Assembly (NCBI GenBank): GCA_965240325.2 | Contig: OZ251241.1 | Coordinates: 1,364,001-1,428,000, forward strand | Length of the DNA stretch: 64,000 nt | Reading direction: 5' to 3' | Source: Rebecca billardiae RCC1528 | Taxonomy: Eukaryota; Protista; Haptophyta | Part shown: in pieces, positions 34,293 through 47,041 of the stretch | How positions within the stretch are numbered: the stretch's first letter is position 1 | Layout of the letters: every line of letters begins with the position of its first letter | The notes under the pieces: model-generated | The model's database searches: none | What the model saw: only the letters and a program-made list of their open reading frames with translations | Told to the model about the DNA's origin: nothing | Made by a program: the position numbers and the translations under genes

Positions 34293-34353
34293 CTGATATG
34301 ATTGTCTAAGAGGACGACAAGGACGATGGCTCCGGCGCCACGAGTCACTAGCC

Positions 34354-36328
34354 TCACGAGGCAGAGCCAGCAGCCCAAGGCTTGCACGCTGCTGGCTGCC
34401 ACGGCCATCGGCTGCTGCCCGTGACGCGCGCGCGACTTGCTGACGAGCCGCCGCCGGTTGCCTTCCCCGTGGCCGTGCCCGTGGCTGCCGGTGACACTGG
34501 CGCCGCTGCCGGTGCTGCTGGCAGCGCTTCGCCGTCGTCGTCGGCGGCGGGCGCGACGGTCGGCGCGGCGGCGGCCTCCCGCGCCGCCGCCTCATCCTCC
34601 GCCTTGGCCAGCGCGGGCCGGGCGGGCGACGCAGCCGCCGCCTTCACGCGGGGCACGCCAGCGCCTGCCGCCGCGTGAGCCCCCACGGCGAGCCTCGGCG
34701 CGCTCTCCCCCGCCGCGCCGCGCGCCGCTGGCCGCGCCCCGCCGTGCGCCGCCGCCACGACAGCGTCCGCGTCCGCGCTCAGACCGGCCGCGGCCGCCTG
34801 CAGCGCGCTGAAGCGCGCGCGCGTGTGCTCGCGCTCCGCGTCCGCGGAGCGCGCGTCGGCGACGGCGCGCGCCGTGCGCAGCTCGGCGCGCAGCGCGCGC
34901 TCGTGCTCGAACCTCTGCGCGCTCTCGTCTCGGAGCTGCTCCACCTCCAGCGTGCGCGAGCGCAGCAGCTCGATCAGCGACTGCAATTGCGCGCGCGCGC
35001 CGCCCGCGCCCGCGCCCGCCCCCCACGCTGCGCCGCCGGCCGCGGCGCCGTCGGCGGTGGGGGTGAAGGCGCCGTCCGAGGTGGCGGCGGCGGCGGCGTG
35101 CGGCGTGGCCCGCGCGCGCGGGGGCGAGGCCGAGCCGCCGCCGCGCGCGGCCGGCCCCGCGCCGCCGCCGCCGCCGCCGCCGCCCTCCTCGCCCTCGCCG
35201 CCGGCGCGCGCGCTCGCGGCCGCGCCGCCGCCGGCGCGTCCGCGCGCGTAGGGCGCATAGGCCGCGCGCGCGCTGAGCACGCTCACCTGGCGCATGGCGG
35301 CGGCCTCGTCGTGGGCGCGCGCGGCGTCGGCGCGCGCGGCGTCGGCGTCCGCGCGCGCCGCCTCCACCTCCGCCATCAGCGCGCGCCGCGCCGCCTCCGC
35401 CGCCTCGAGCTCGGCCGCGTGCGCCGCGCGCTCGCGCGCCGCGCCCTCGGCCGCCTCGGCCGCGGCCGCGCGCGCCGCGCCGAGCTCCGCGCCGTGTGCC
35501 GCCTCGCGCAGGCGCGCGAGCTCGGCGGCCTCGGCGCGCGCGGCGCGCTCGGCGGCGTCGCGGCCGCGCGCCGCGTCCGCCGCCTCGTCCGCGCGCCGCG
35601 CGTGCGCGTCACGCGCCGCGAGCAGCGCCGCCTCGCGCTCGGCCGCGGCCGCGGCCTCGCGCGCCGCCGCGTCCGCGCGCCGCGCGCCGTCCGCCGCCGC
35701 CTCCTCCGCGCGCGCGCGCAGCTCGGCGACGGCCACCTTGAGCGCGGCGGCGTCGGCGCGCGCGGCGGCCTCGGCCTCGGCCGCGGCGATCGCGTCGGCG
35801 CGCGCCGCGCGCACCGCCCCCGCCATCCCCTCGCCGTCCGCCCGCGCCTCGTCGCGCGCGCGCGCCGCCTCGGCGCGCGCGGCCGCGCGCGCGTCGGCGA
35901 GCGCGGCGCCCGCCTCGGCCGCCTGGCGCGTGAGCTCGGCGTTGGCGGCGCGCAGCCGCGCGGCCTCGGCCTCGGCGTCTGCGGCGCGCGCGGCGGCGGC
36001 GCGCGCGCCCGCGGCCGCGGCGGAGGCGATCTCCACGCCCGCGTCGTCGATGCTCGCGCGCGCCGCGTCGTGCGCCCCCGCCATCTCGAGCGCGCGCGCC
36101 TCGGCCGACGCGGCGCGCGCGTCGGCCGCGGCCGCCTCGCGCCGCGCGGCCGCGAGCGTGCTCTCGAGCCGCCCGACCTCGGCGCCGCGCTCGCGCACGA
36201 GCGCGCGGAGCAGCGCGGCCTCGCCCGCGGAGCGCTCCGCGGCGGCGGCGGCCGCGCCCTCCTCCGCGCCGCCGCCGCCGCCGCCCGCGCGCGACGGCTC
36301 GGTCTGCGTGGCGGCGCTCGAGGCGGCG

Positions 36329-36367
<39 letters not shown>

Positions 36368-38370
36368 TGCGGCGCGCTCGCGAGCGCGGCGGCGAACGCG
36401 CGCTCCGCCGCGGCGGTGCGCGCACGCGCGGTGGCGGCCTCGGCGCGCTGCTCCTCCGCCTCGGCGGTCGCGAGCTCCGCCTCGCGCAGCGCCGCATCCG
36501 CCTCCGCCGCCGTCCGCGCCACCGCCTCCGCCGCCGCCGCCTCGCGCGCCGACGCCTCGCGCAGCGCGGCGCGCAACGCGTGCGCGTCCGCGTCCGCGGC
36601 GGCGCGCGCGCGCCGCTCGACGTCGAGTGCGGCGGAGAGGGCGTGGGCGTCGTGCGTGGCGGCCTCGCGCGCGGAGTCGAGGGCGCGGTGCGCCTCGCGC
36701 CGCGTCTCCTCGCGCGCCGCCTCCGCCGCGCGCCGCGTCTCCTCCGACACCGCGCGCGCCGCCGCCTCCGCCACCGCCGTCGCCGCGGCCGCGCGCTCGT
36801 CAGCGCTCGCGCGCGCCTCGCTCACAGCCGCAGCGAGCTGGGCGTGCATGTCGGCGGCGAGGGCGGCGCGCACGGCGTGGAGCTCCTCGTCGACGCGCGC
36901 GGCGACGGTGGCGTCCGCCTCGGCGAGCGCCGCGTGCGCGCGCGCCTCCGCCGCGCCCACCCGCCCCTCCGCCTCCGCCTCCGCCTCGGCGCGCGCGCGC
37001 GCCGCGCCCTCGGCCGCCGCCGCCTCGGCGAGGCCGCGGCCGTCCGCGCGCGCGGCCTCGAGCGCGTGCGCGTGCTCGTGGCGCATGCGCTCGAGGGCGC
37101 GGGCGTGCGCCTCGAGCGGGATCGCGCCGTCCACCTCCACCGCCGCCGGCGTCCCCGGCTGCCGCGCCGCGCGCTCCGCCGCGTCCGCGCGCGCCTCGGC
37201 CGCGGCGACGCGCTCCGCCGCGGCCGGCTCGGCGCGCGCGGTCGCGCGCGCCGCCGCCTCGGCCGCCGCCTCCTCGGCGAGGCCGCGGCCGTCCTCGCGC
37301 GCGGCCTCGAGCGCGTGCGCGTACTCGCCCTGCGCGCGCTCGAGCGCGAGCGCGTGCGCCTCGAGTGGGATCGCCGCATCCGTCCGCATCGACGGCGCGG
37401 CGCCCAGCCCGCGGGCCGGCGGCGCGCCGCCGCCGCCGCCGCCGCCGCGCGCGCCAAGCCGGCCGCCGCGCGCGGCGAGGCGCTCCTCGGCGGAGGCCTC
37501 GGCGGCGGCGGCGGCGTGCGCGGCGGCGTCGCGCGCGTCCGCGTCCGCCGCGGCGGCGCGCCACTCCGCCGCGCGCGCCCGCCGGTCCGCCTCCGCCTCG
37601 GCGGCGGCCACCAATCTTTCCGCCTCCGCCTCCGCCTCCGCCGCGCGCCGCTCGGCGTCCGAGCGCGCCGCCGCGGCCTCCGCCTGCGCGGCGGCGGCGC
37701 GGCGCTCGGCGGCGTCCGTCTCGGCCATCACCGCCTCGAGCTGTGCCTCCACCTGCGCCGCGCGCGCCTCCGCCTCCGCCGCGCGCGCCTCCGCCTCCTC
37801 CAAACGGGCGCCGTCGCTCGCGCCGCGCCCGCCGAGCGCGCGCGCGTGCTCGTCCGCCTGCGCGGCGAGCTCGGCGTGCGTGGCGTCGAGCGCGTGACGC
37901 AGCTCGTCAATCTCGCGCCGCTGCGCCTGCAGCTCACCCTCCACCGCCGCCGTCGTCGCGCTCGCCGCCTCGGCCGCGGCGGCGGTCGCGAGCGTGTCCG
38001 AGTTGGCCGCCTCGTCCTCGAGCTGCGCGCGCGCGCTGGAGAGCTCGTGGCGCAGGCGGGCGATCTCCTCGTCCTTTGCGCCGAGCTGGTGCTCGGCCCA
38101 GCTCACCATGTCCACGAACGCGCGCTTGCCCCCCGAGCCCGGCGTCGAGCCGCCGAGCGTGGACGCGAGCGCGCGCGCGTGCGCCGCGTCTCTGCTCGAG
38201 CCCGCGCTCACGCCGGAGGAGGCGCTGGCGCCGTCGTCCTCGCGCGCGGCGCCGCGGGGGGCCCAGTCCTCGTCGTGCTCGTCGGGGTACGCCTCGCCGC
38301 CGCGCGGCGACGACGCCCGCCGCAGCCGCGCGGCGCTGTTGCGCAGCTGTGCCGCGACGGCGGCCGACAT
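34354..38370 (-). CDS. Large Ala/Glu/Arg-rich coiled-coil protein
   Basis: Single ~1340-aa ORF with heptad-like EAARAEA composition and a duplicated DxAIPLEAHAxALER...DGRGLAE block; no recognisable catalytic motif. Confidence 0.7.
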
Positions 38371-38841
38371 GACGGCGACGACCGCGGGCACGCTTCTCAC
38401 GTCCACAGTTCGCGTCCGCCAGGCCCCAGCGCCCGTTTCGCGGCCTTGTTACCATACGCTGGACGCATGGCGGACGCAATGGTTTTTTTTTAGCCGACGA
38501 GTAGTATTTTCTTTATTATTAATAACGATATTAATTTCGTCTAATGCTAAGAACAAAGTTTTCCGCGCGCCCGTCCGGGCGCGCGAGGCTGCGACGACAG
38601 ACTCTGACGCGGCCTGGGTCGTCGGGGGCGGGCTCAGCGCCCGGCCCGCGACGACACGCACACGCTCGCGACCCACTCTCGGCTGCCCGGCGACTTCCTC
38701 ATCCCGCTCCTCGCCGCCCGCGCCCGACAGCTTTGCGCGCGCCGCCGCGCCGCCCCCCCTTCACCGCGCGCCCGTGCGCAGACTCGGGGGGCGGGCGGCG
38801 CCGCGCGCGTGGCCCGGAGGTGTCCCCTGCCCGCGCGAGGC

Positions 38842-41516
38842 CTAGTCGACCTCCTCCATCTTGGAGCCCTCGGCGCCGTCGCCGTCCTCCTCCAGCGGCG
38901 GCAGGTCCTCGAGCGCGTCGCCCTCGTCCTCCTCCTCCTCGATCGACAGCCCCAGCTTGATCATGCGGTGGATGCGCGACGCAAACGTGGCTGGCTCCTC
39001 AAGCGTGAACCCCGAGGTGAGCAGCGACGTCTCGAAGAGGAGGTGGACGAGGTCCTTGACCGTCTTGTCGCCCTTGTCCGCGGCGGCCTTCGCCTTCAGC
39101 TCCTTCATGATCGAGTGCTTCGGGTTGATCTCCATCGTCTTCTTGCTCGACATGTAGGAGCTCATGCTGTTGTCGCGCAGCGCCTGCGCGCGCATGATGC
39201 GCTCCATGTTGGCGCTCCAGCCGTACTCGCCCGTCACCAGGCAGCACGGCGACTCGGTCACGCGCTCGGAGACAACCGCCTGCGCGGAGGGGAGGCGGGG
39301 CATGCGCGGCCGAGCGGGGCCGACGGGGTCAGTCGGTGACGCGCCCGAGCGATCGCGATCGCGCGCGCGCGGACGCGGGGCGCGCGCGCGCGCGCGCCAC
39401 GCCGCGCGCCGCGCGCCGCGCCGCGCGCCGCGCGCGCGCGCGGCACGCACCTTCTCGACCTTGTCGCCGAGGATCTCCTTCATGAGCGTGCAGAGCGGCT
39501 CGAAGTCCGCCTTGAGCTCCTCGAACGCCTTCTTCTCCTCCTCCGTCTCGTCGAACTTGAGCCCCTCCTTGGTGACGGACACGAGCTTCTTGCCGTCGTA
39601 CTCCTTGAGCTGCTGCACCGCGTACTCGTCGATCGGGTCCACCATGAAGAGCACCTCGTAGTTGCGCTTCTTGCAGCGCTCGATGAAGGGGGAGGTCTCG
39701 ACGGCCTTCTTCGACTCGCCCGTGATGTAGTAGATGTCCTTCTGCGACTCGGGCATCCGCGAGATGTAGTCCTTGAGCGACGTCATCTCCTCGCCCGACT
39801 TGGTCGAGTGGTAGCGCAGCAGCTCGGCCAGCTTGGCGCGGTTCGCCGAGTCCTCGTGGATGCCGAGCTTGATGTTCTTGGAGAACTGCTCGTAGAACTT
39901 GGTGAAGTCGTCGGCGTTCTCCTGGATCTCGCCGAACAGCTCGATGCACTTCTTCACGATGTTCTTCTTGATCACCTTGAGGATCTTGTTCTGCTGCAGC
40001 GTCTCGCGCGAGATGTTGAGCGGCAGGTCCTCGCTGTCCACCACGCCCTTCACGAACGTGAGCCACTCGGGGATCAGGTCCTCGCAGTTGTCCATGATGA
40101 AGACGCGCCGCACGTACAGCTTGATGTGCCCGTGGTTCTTCTTCTTCGGCTCGTACAGGTCGAACGGCGCGCGCTTCGGCACGAAGAGGATCGAGGTGAA
40201 CTCGAGCTGGCCCTCGACGGAGAAGTGCTTGACCGCGAGGTGATCCTCCCAGTCGTTGGACAGCGCCTTGTAGAAGGCGCCGTACTCCTCGCGCGTGATG
40301 TCCTCGGGCTTGCGCGTCCAGATGGGCTTCTGCTTGTTCATCACCGCCCACTCGTGCGTCACCTCCTTCACCGTCTTCTTCTTCTTCTCCTTCTCGCCCT
40401 TGTCCTCCTCGACCTCCTCGATCTTGGGCTCGTCGTCGTCCTCGCCCTCGCCCTTCTTGTCCTCCGCCTCCTCGTCCTCGTCGTCGTCGTCGTCGATCTC
40501 CTTGTCGACGGTCTTCTCGGTCCACAGCGAGATCGGGTAGTTGATGAACTCCGAGTGCTTCTTCACCAGGTCCTTGAGCCGCCGCTCCTCCAGGTACTCG
40601 AGCTGGTCCTCCTTGAGGAAGCACTGGATCTTGGTGCCGCGCCCGAGCGGCTCGCCCGCGCCGTCCTTGCGCACGGTGAACGAGCCGCCGGCGGAGGACT
40701 CCCAGATGTACTGCTCGTCGTCGTTGTTCTTCGACGTCACCACCACGCGGTCCGCCACGAGGTACGCCGAGTAGAACCCCACGCCGAACTGGCCGATCAT
40801 GTTGATGTCGGCGCCCGCGCTCATCGCCTCCATGAACGCCTTCGTGCCCGACTGCGCGATCGTGCCGAGGTTGGCGATCAGGTCGGTCTTGGTCATGCCG
40901 ATGCCCGAGTCGATGATCGTCAGCGTGTTGTTCGACTTGTCCGGCACCAGCCGGATGTACAGCTCCGGGTTCGTGTCCAGCACCTCGCGGTCGGTGAGCG
41001 ACTTGTGCCGAATCTTGTCGAGCGCGTCCGATGAGTTGGAGATGAGCTCGCGCAGGAAGATCTCCTTGTTGGAGTAGAACGTGTTGATGATGAGCGACAT
41101 CAGCTGGTTGATCTCAGCCTGGAAGGCGAAAGTCTCGGCCTGCGCGCGGACGAGCGCGCGCGGGCGGGCGCGCCGAGCACGGGAGGCGGCCATGCGCGCG
41201 GGCGCGTGAGCATGCGCGCACGAGGCGGCGGTGCAGGCGCGCGCGCGGGGCGGGCGCTCGGGGAGGAAGGCGTGCGCGTCGCGCCCCCCGCGCCACGCGA
41301 GCGGCCCGGGGCCGCCGCGCGCGCCGCGGTGGGCGCGCGCGCTCGCTGGCTCGCGCGCGCGCCGCGCCCCGCCGCGCGCGCCGCACGCGCGCGCCGCGCG
41401 GCCCGGTCGGGCCGCGCGCCGCGCGCGGCGTCGTTCACGGCGTGGCGCACGCCCTCCCCGCACGCCGCGCGCCGCTCGCCCCGCGTGCCCCCCGCGCGCA
41501 CCTCCTGCTCAGCCAT
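38842..41516 (-). CDS. HSP90: Cytosolic heat shock protein 90
   Basis: [45 protein letters not shown]-terminal MEEVD. Exons 41516-41502, 41139-39451, 39279-38842. Confidence 0.99.
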
Positions 41517-43004
41517 GGTTGTGCGCGCTGTGTTGTGGCGGTTGGTGCTCGGTGTTCGCGAGGTCGCTGCAAGTGGCGCGGACGTGAGCGTCTTGCCTCT
41601 TCCAGACGCCCGCCTTGGCGCGTCTGGGCACGTCGTTCCGGTGAGGGCGTTGAACCGGCCGTTGCAACTGCGCCCGTTTGCCGGACGGACTGGCGCGTGT
41701 CTCGACTCCCGCGCGTCTGGATTCGCGCGCTCGACTTTCAGACTGGGCTTTTCGGACTGCTGTGCATCTCTCCGCGCGGCGCCGCCCAGGACTGGCACGG
41801 GGCCAGCCCAAGTGTGGTTGGCGGCCGGCCACTGACGGGGAGCGAGCGAGAAAGGTGGGGACGCCACGCCGTGTGCAGCAGGGCTGGGCGCCACGCGCGC
41901 AGTCCGGTGCGTGCGCCCTCGGCGCCACCGCCGCCGCGACCGCGTCGCCGGCGCGCACGCGCGCCCGCTGCCCGCCGCAGGCGCAGCCAGCCAGTGAACC
42001 CCTCGGCCGGCGGCGTGCAGGCCGCACGACTGATGCCGGTGCACCGCAAGGGTGGCCGCGCACTACCTCGGCGGCCGGCCCAGAGCACGGCGGCAGCTGA
42101 GGACGCGCATATCCTCGCCGCGCGCGCCAGGCAGGCCGAGCCACCCACCGCCGGCCGGCATGGCCCGCGCCGCGCTCGCTGGGCTTCAGCCTCGGGCCTT
42201 GGTGGCGCCGTGCGCCGTGTGGCAGCGCGCGCGCGCTTGTGCAGCCATGCGCCTGAGGCCTGGCCCTCCTCACGGTCTGTGCGGGGTATGGCCCCGGGGA
42301 GCTGTGGAGACACGGCTGCGCGCGTGCGGCGCCACCCGCCACCCCGACGGCTCCGTGGGTTGGCGGGTGGCTGCCCTGAGCCCTCCGAGCCTCCGGCGTG
42401 CTGCCACTGCGCGCGCAGGGCGACCCCCACTGCCGCGGGCACTACGCCGCGATCTGAGGCGGGCGTGGGTGACGGCTGCAGCCACCCATGTCGCCCACGC
42501 GCTTCCCCAGGCTGGCGCGAGTGTAGATTCGCACGCTGCGCGCTACGCTCCCGCGCCAGCCGGCGGCGCAGAGTGACCGAAGAGCGCCGCGCGCCCCGCG
42601 CTGCATGCCGCGTGCGGCCGCGGGGCTCGCCAACGCCAGGCTGCTTGCGCCGGCCCTCGGCGCTAGCATCTAGGTGGGTGGGAGCAGTCTGCCGGCGCGA
42701 AGCGCGGGCTGCCGGTGCGGAGTCGGTCGACGTGGCTGTCGCGCGCTCGCGGGCGGCGCCCCGGCCGACCGGGACCGGGGCACGCCGCACGCCCGCACCT
42801 TGCTCGCACCGCGCCAAAAAGCCACAGGTTGCGCGCGGCTTTTCGGGCACGATGGCCCTCGGCTCGGCCCCGGACCAAGACTGGCCCGGCCGGACAGCGC
42901 TTTTCGCGCCCGCCGGCTCGCGTTCGCGCGCTCGCGAGAGGGGCCGCGCTCACGTGCACGGAGCACCGGCAGCACTCACTCGCCGAGTGTCGAGCCGCGC
43001 GCAG

Positions 43005-46000
43005 ATGGCGTCGCACTCGCCCTCGATCTCATCCGACGTGGTGCCCTCGTCCGTGCCGGCCCCCGCGCCGCCGAACAACACGGCCGACTTCGAGCCCTCG
43101 CCCGCGCCCGTCGGCGAGAGCTCGGCGCGCGGCGGCGACGACGCGTCGGGCTCGCGCGGCCCGACGCCGGCGTCGCGCTCGCGCACGCCCGGCCGGCGCA
43201 CGCCCGGTGGGAGCCACGCGTCGCTCACGCCGCGCTCCGATGCCGTCTCCTCGCCCCTCGACTTCGGCTCCGAGCGCCCGCCCGTGAGCGGCTCGCCCGC
43301 GCGCGGCACGCCGTCGCGCACGACGCGCTCGGGGCTTGGCACCAACACGTCCGAGCCCGACCGCGAGCAGACGGTGATCTGGGGCACGACGATCAACGTG
43401 TCGCAGTACATTGACGACTTCAAGAGTGCGCGCCGCGCGCGCGCCGCGCCGTGCGCGCGCGCGCGCGCGCGCGCGACCGCGCGCGCGCGCGCATGCATGC
43501 GCGTGTGTGCGCGCGCGCGCGCGCGTGCGCGGGAGCATCGCCCGCCGCGGGCCGTCGCGCGCGTGCACGGCCGCGCCTGGCCGTGCGTGGCCATCCGCTT
43601 CGGCCTTTCCGGCCGGCGCTCCTTCCCGTGCTCACCCGCCGCGCCCACGCTCTCCGCGCGCGCGCGCGCGCGTCGCGCCGCGCCGCGCCGCGCCCGCGCT
43701 CGTCGTCCGCGCGCGCGCAGCGTTCCTCACGACGTTCTCGGCGGAGGGCGGCGCGGAGGCGGGCGCGGAGGAGGGCTCGCTGTACGAGCGGTACCTGCAG
43801 CGCATCCTCCACGCGGACGAGGGCTCGCTCAACCTCGACTGCGCCCACGTGCGCGCGCACTCTGCGCCGCTGTACCGCCAGCTCGTGCAGTACCCGCAGG
43901 AGGTGGTGCCTCTGATGGACATTGCGCTCGCGGACGTGCTGGCGCAGGTGGCGGAGCGGACGGGGGTGGAGCCGAGCCGGCGCGTGCTCGTGCGGCCGTA
44001 CAACCTCGAGGCCAAGACGCCGATGCGCGCCCTCGACCCGTGCCACATCGACACGCTCGTCGCGGTGCACGGCATGGTGACTCGCACCTCGTCGATCGTG
44101 CCCGACCTGAAGCACGCGTGGTACGAGTGCGCGCTGTGCGGCGCGGGCGTGACGGTGGTGATCGACCACGGGCAGATCAACGAGCCGCGCGGGTGCGCGT
44201 CGTGCAGCGCGACGGCGTGCATGCAGATCGTGCACAACCGCTGCACCTTCGCCGACAAGCAGGTGGTCCGGCTGCAGGAGGCGCCGGACAACATCCCCGA
44301 GGGGGAGACGCCGCAGACCATCACCGCGCTGTGCTGGGACGATCTGGTCGACGTCGCCAAGCCGGGCGACCGCGTGGTGCTCACCGGCGTGTTCCGCGCG
44401 CAGCCGATCCGCGTGAACCCGCGGCAGCGCACGCTCAAGGCCGTGTACCGCACCTACTTCGACCTGATGCACGTGTGCAAGCTCGAGGCCGGCCGGCTGC
44501 GCGCGGAGGACGCGACGGCGGCGCCGCTCTCCGAGTGGCACACGCCGTTCGACGAGACGGGCGCGGACGAGGAGGGCGCGCGCGCCGCGCGGAAGGAGGC
44601 GGCGGAGGCGATCGCGGGGCGGGGCGACGTGTACGACGCGCTCGCGCGCGCGCTCGCGCCCTCGATCTGGGAGCTCGACGACGTCAAGAAGGGCGTCCTC
44701 TGCCAGCTCTTCGCCGGCTCCGCAAAGTCGCTCGACGCGCAGTCGGCCGGCGGCGCGCGCTTCCGCGGCGACCTGAACGTTCTGCTGGTGGGCGACCCGG
44801 GCACGTCCAAGTCGCAGCTGCTGCAGTACGTGCACAAGGCGGCGCCGCGCGGGATCTACACGTCGGGCAAGGGCTCCTCCGCCGTCGGCCTCACCGCGTA
44901 CGTCACGCGCGACCAGGAGACCGGCGGGTTTGTCCTCGAGTCGGGCGCGCTCGTGCTCTCAGACCGCGGCGTGTGCTGCATCGACGAGTTTGACAAGATG
45001 AGCGACGGCGCGCGCTCGGTGCTGCACGAGGTGATGGAGCAGCAGACGGTGTCGATCGCGAAGGCGGGGATCATCTGCTCGCTCAACGCGCGCACCTCCG
45101 TCCTCGCCTCCGCCAACCCGCGCGAGTCCCGCTACAACCCGTCCCTCTCCGTCATCGACAACATCGACCTGTCGCCCTCGCTTCTCTCGAGGTTCGATCT
45201 GATCTACCTGCTGCTCGACAAGCCGGACGAGCGGACCGACCGCCAGCTGGCGCGCCACCTGGTCGCGCTGTACGGCCCCGCGACGCGCGGCGGCGCGGGC
45301 GCGTCGGACCCCGCCTCGCTCGGCGTCGAGGGCACCCCGATCGACCAGCGCGCCCTCACGGACTACATCTCGTACGCGCGGCAGCACTGCCACCCGCGCG
45401 TCACCGACGACGCGGCGGAGCGCCTTGTGGCCGAGTACGTCGAGATGCGCCGCGTGGGCGCGTCGCGCAAGACCATCTCGGCGACGCCGCGCCAGCTCGA
45501 GTCGCTGATCCGCCTGGTGCGCGCGCGCGCGCGCGCGCGCGGCCGGCGGCACCATCCGCGCCGCCGCGCCTCGCACCTCGCGCGCGCCCCGCCCCCCGCG
45601 GCAGCGCGGCGGCGGTGCCCCCGCGGCAGCGCGCGGGGGCTCACGCGGCGCGCGGGCGCCGCGCGCGCGGCGCGCTCGCAGGCGGAGGCGCACGCGCGGC
45701 TGCACCTGCGCGAGGACGTGGGCGAGGACGACGTGGGCGAGGCGGTGCGCCTCATGCGCGTCGCCACGCAGCAGGCCGCCACCGACCCGCACACCGGCAC
45801 CATCGACATGGACCTCATCGCCACTGGCCGCTCCGCCGCGGTGCGCGCCAGCGCGCGCCCGCGCGCGCGCGCGATCGCGCGCTCGCGCGCTCGCGGCGGC
45901 GGCGGCGGCGGCTCCGCGTAGCGTGCCTCGCGCGTGGCGTGCGCACACTGCCCACACACGCGCGTACCACGCGCGCACCCCCCGCCGCCCCGCCGCCCCG

Positions 46001-46220
46001 CCCGCAGGCGCGCGGCGCCCTGGAGCAGCTCGCGTCCGCGCTGCTCGAGCAGCTGCGCTCCACGCCCAACGGCTCGGCCTCGCTCTCCGCGCTGCAGCAG
46101 GCGATCGCGGACGCGACGTCGATCGACGCGTCCGCGCCGCAGCTGCGCGAGGCGCTGGACCAGCTCAAGGCCGAGCACGCCGTCATTGAGCGCGGCGCCA
46201 CCATCTCCCTCGTCGGCTGA
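43005..46220 (+). CDS. MCM4: DNA replication licensing factor MCM4
   Basis: S/T-P-rich N-tail, VIWGT, Zn finger CALC..CASC, GDPGTSKSQ, IDEFDKM, SRFD. Exons 43005-43425, 43721-45516, 45682-45840, 46008-46220. Start is tentative because the ATG is preceded by CAG. Confidence 0.95.
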
Positions 46221-47041
46221 GCGCGCGGCGACACGCGGTGGGCGCCGGCCGCGACGGCCGCTGGGGCGCGCGCGCGCCGCGAGACATCAGCACGCGGCGC
46301 GTGCCACACCTGCCTGGGCCCGGCTTGCCCAGGGCGCGGCCGCGACGCCAGGCCGGCCCACCGGCTGCACCATCATCGTCATCATCACCATCCCACACAT
46401 GACACGCACGAGTGGCGACGGCCACCGCCGAGCCACCTCGCCAGCTGCCTTTTGGCATGACGGAGCAGAGTCGCCGCTGCACTGTGACTGTGTCTGTCGG
46501 CACATCAACTGACACGCAACTTTGCAGCGCGGCGGCCGCTCCGCGCGGTGCGCGCGCACGGCAGTCGCTCACCACGACAGTAGGCACTTTGACGCCGGCA
46601 TCGTCTCTCATCCACCGGTGGCTCTCTTCTCCCCACGCGTGTGGCAGCACGCCACCGGTCCAGCCGCGTCCGCGCCACCCAGCGAGGAGAAAGTTGGCGC
46701 GAGTCTTTTTCGGCGTCGTCATCTTTTTCTGCACTAGAAAAAGCTCTCAACGAGATTGATACCAGATCTCTCGGTTCCCTCGACGTGATTGGTGAACCCG
46801 TCTTTCCGAGTTGCAACGTCATATGACCACGCGGCGAGCACGTGGCAAAGCCTGATGAAGCTCTAAAACCCGGTAAAACGCGGGGAAGCGATTCGCTGAT
46901 CACACGTGTGCAGCCGTCACAGACGGCTTCAACCCCGTGCAGTCCGCCGAAACTCCGAGTCTGGACCGGTAGAGTCGGTTTGAGACCGCGCGTCCCCGTC
47001 GCCGCCGCCGTCCGATCAGACCCGCGCGCGTTGCACGCAGC

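Noticed and set aside
41517-43004. Gene or heat-shock elements in the HSP90-MCM4 spacer
   Set aside because: ORFs lack coding bias and motifs, and I could not find a convincing nGAAnnTTCn array.
96-46220. Functional cluster of replication/expression genes (POLD1, RPA49, PRP8, RPS18, HSP90, MCM4)
   Set aside because: They are interspersed with unrelated genes, as expected in a compact genome, with no evidence of co-regulation.
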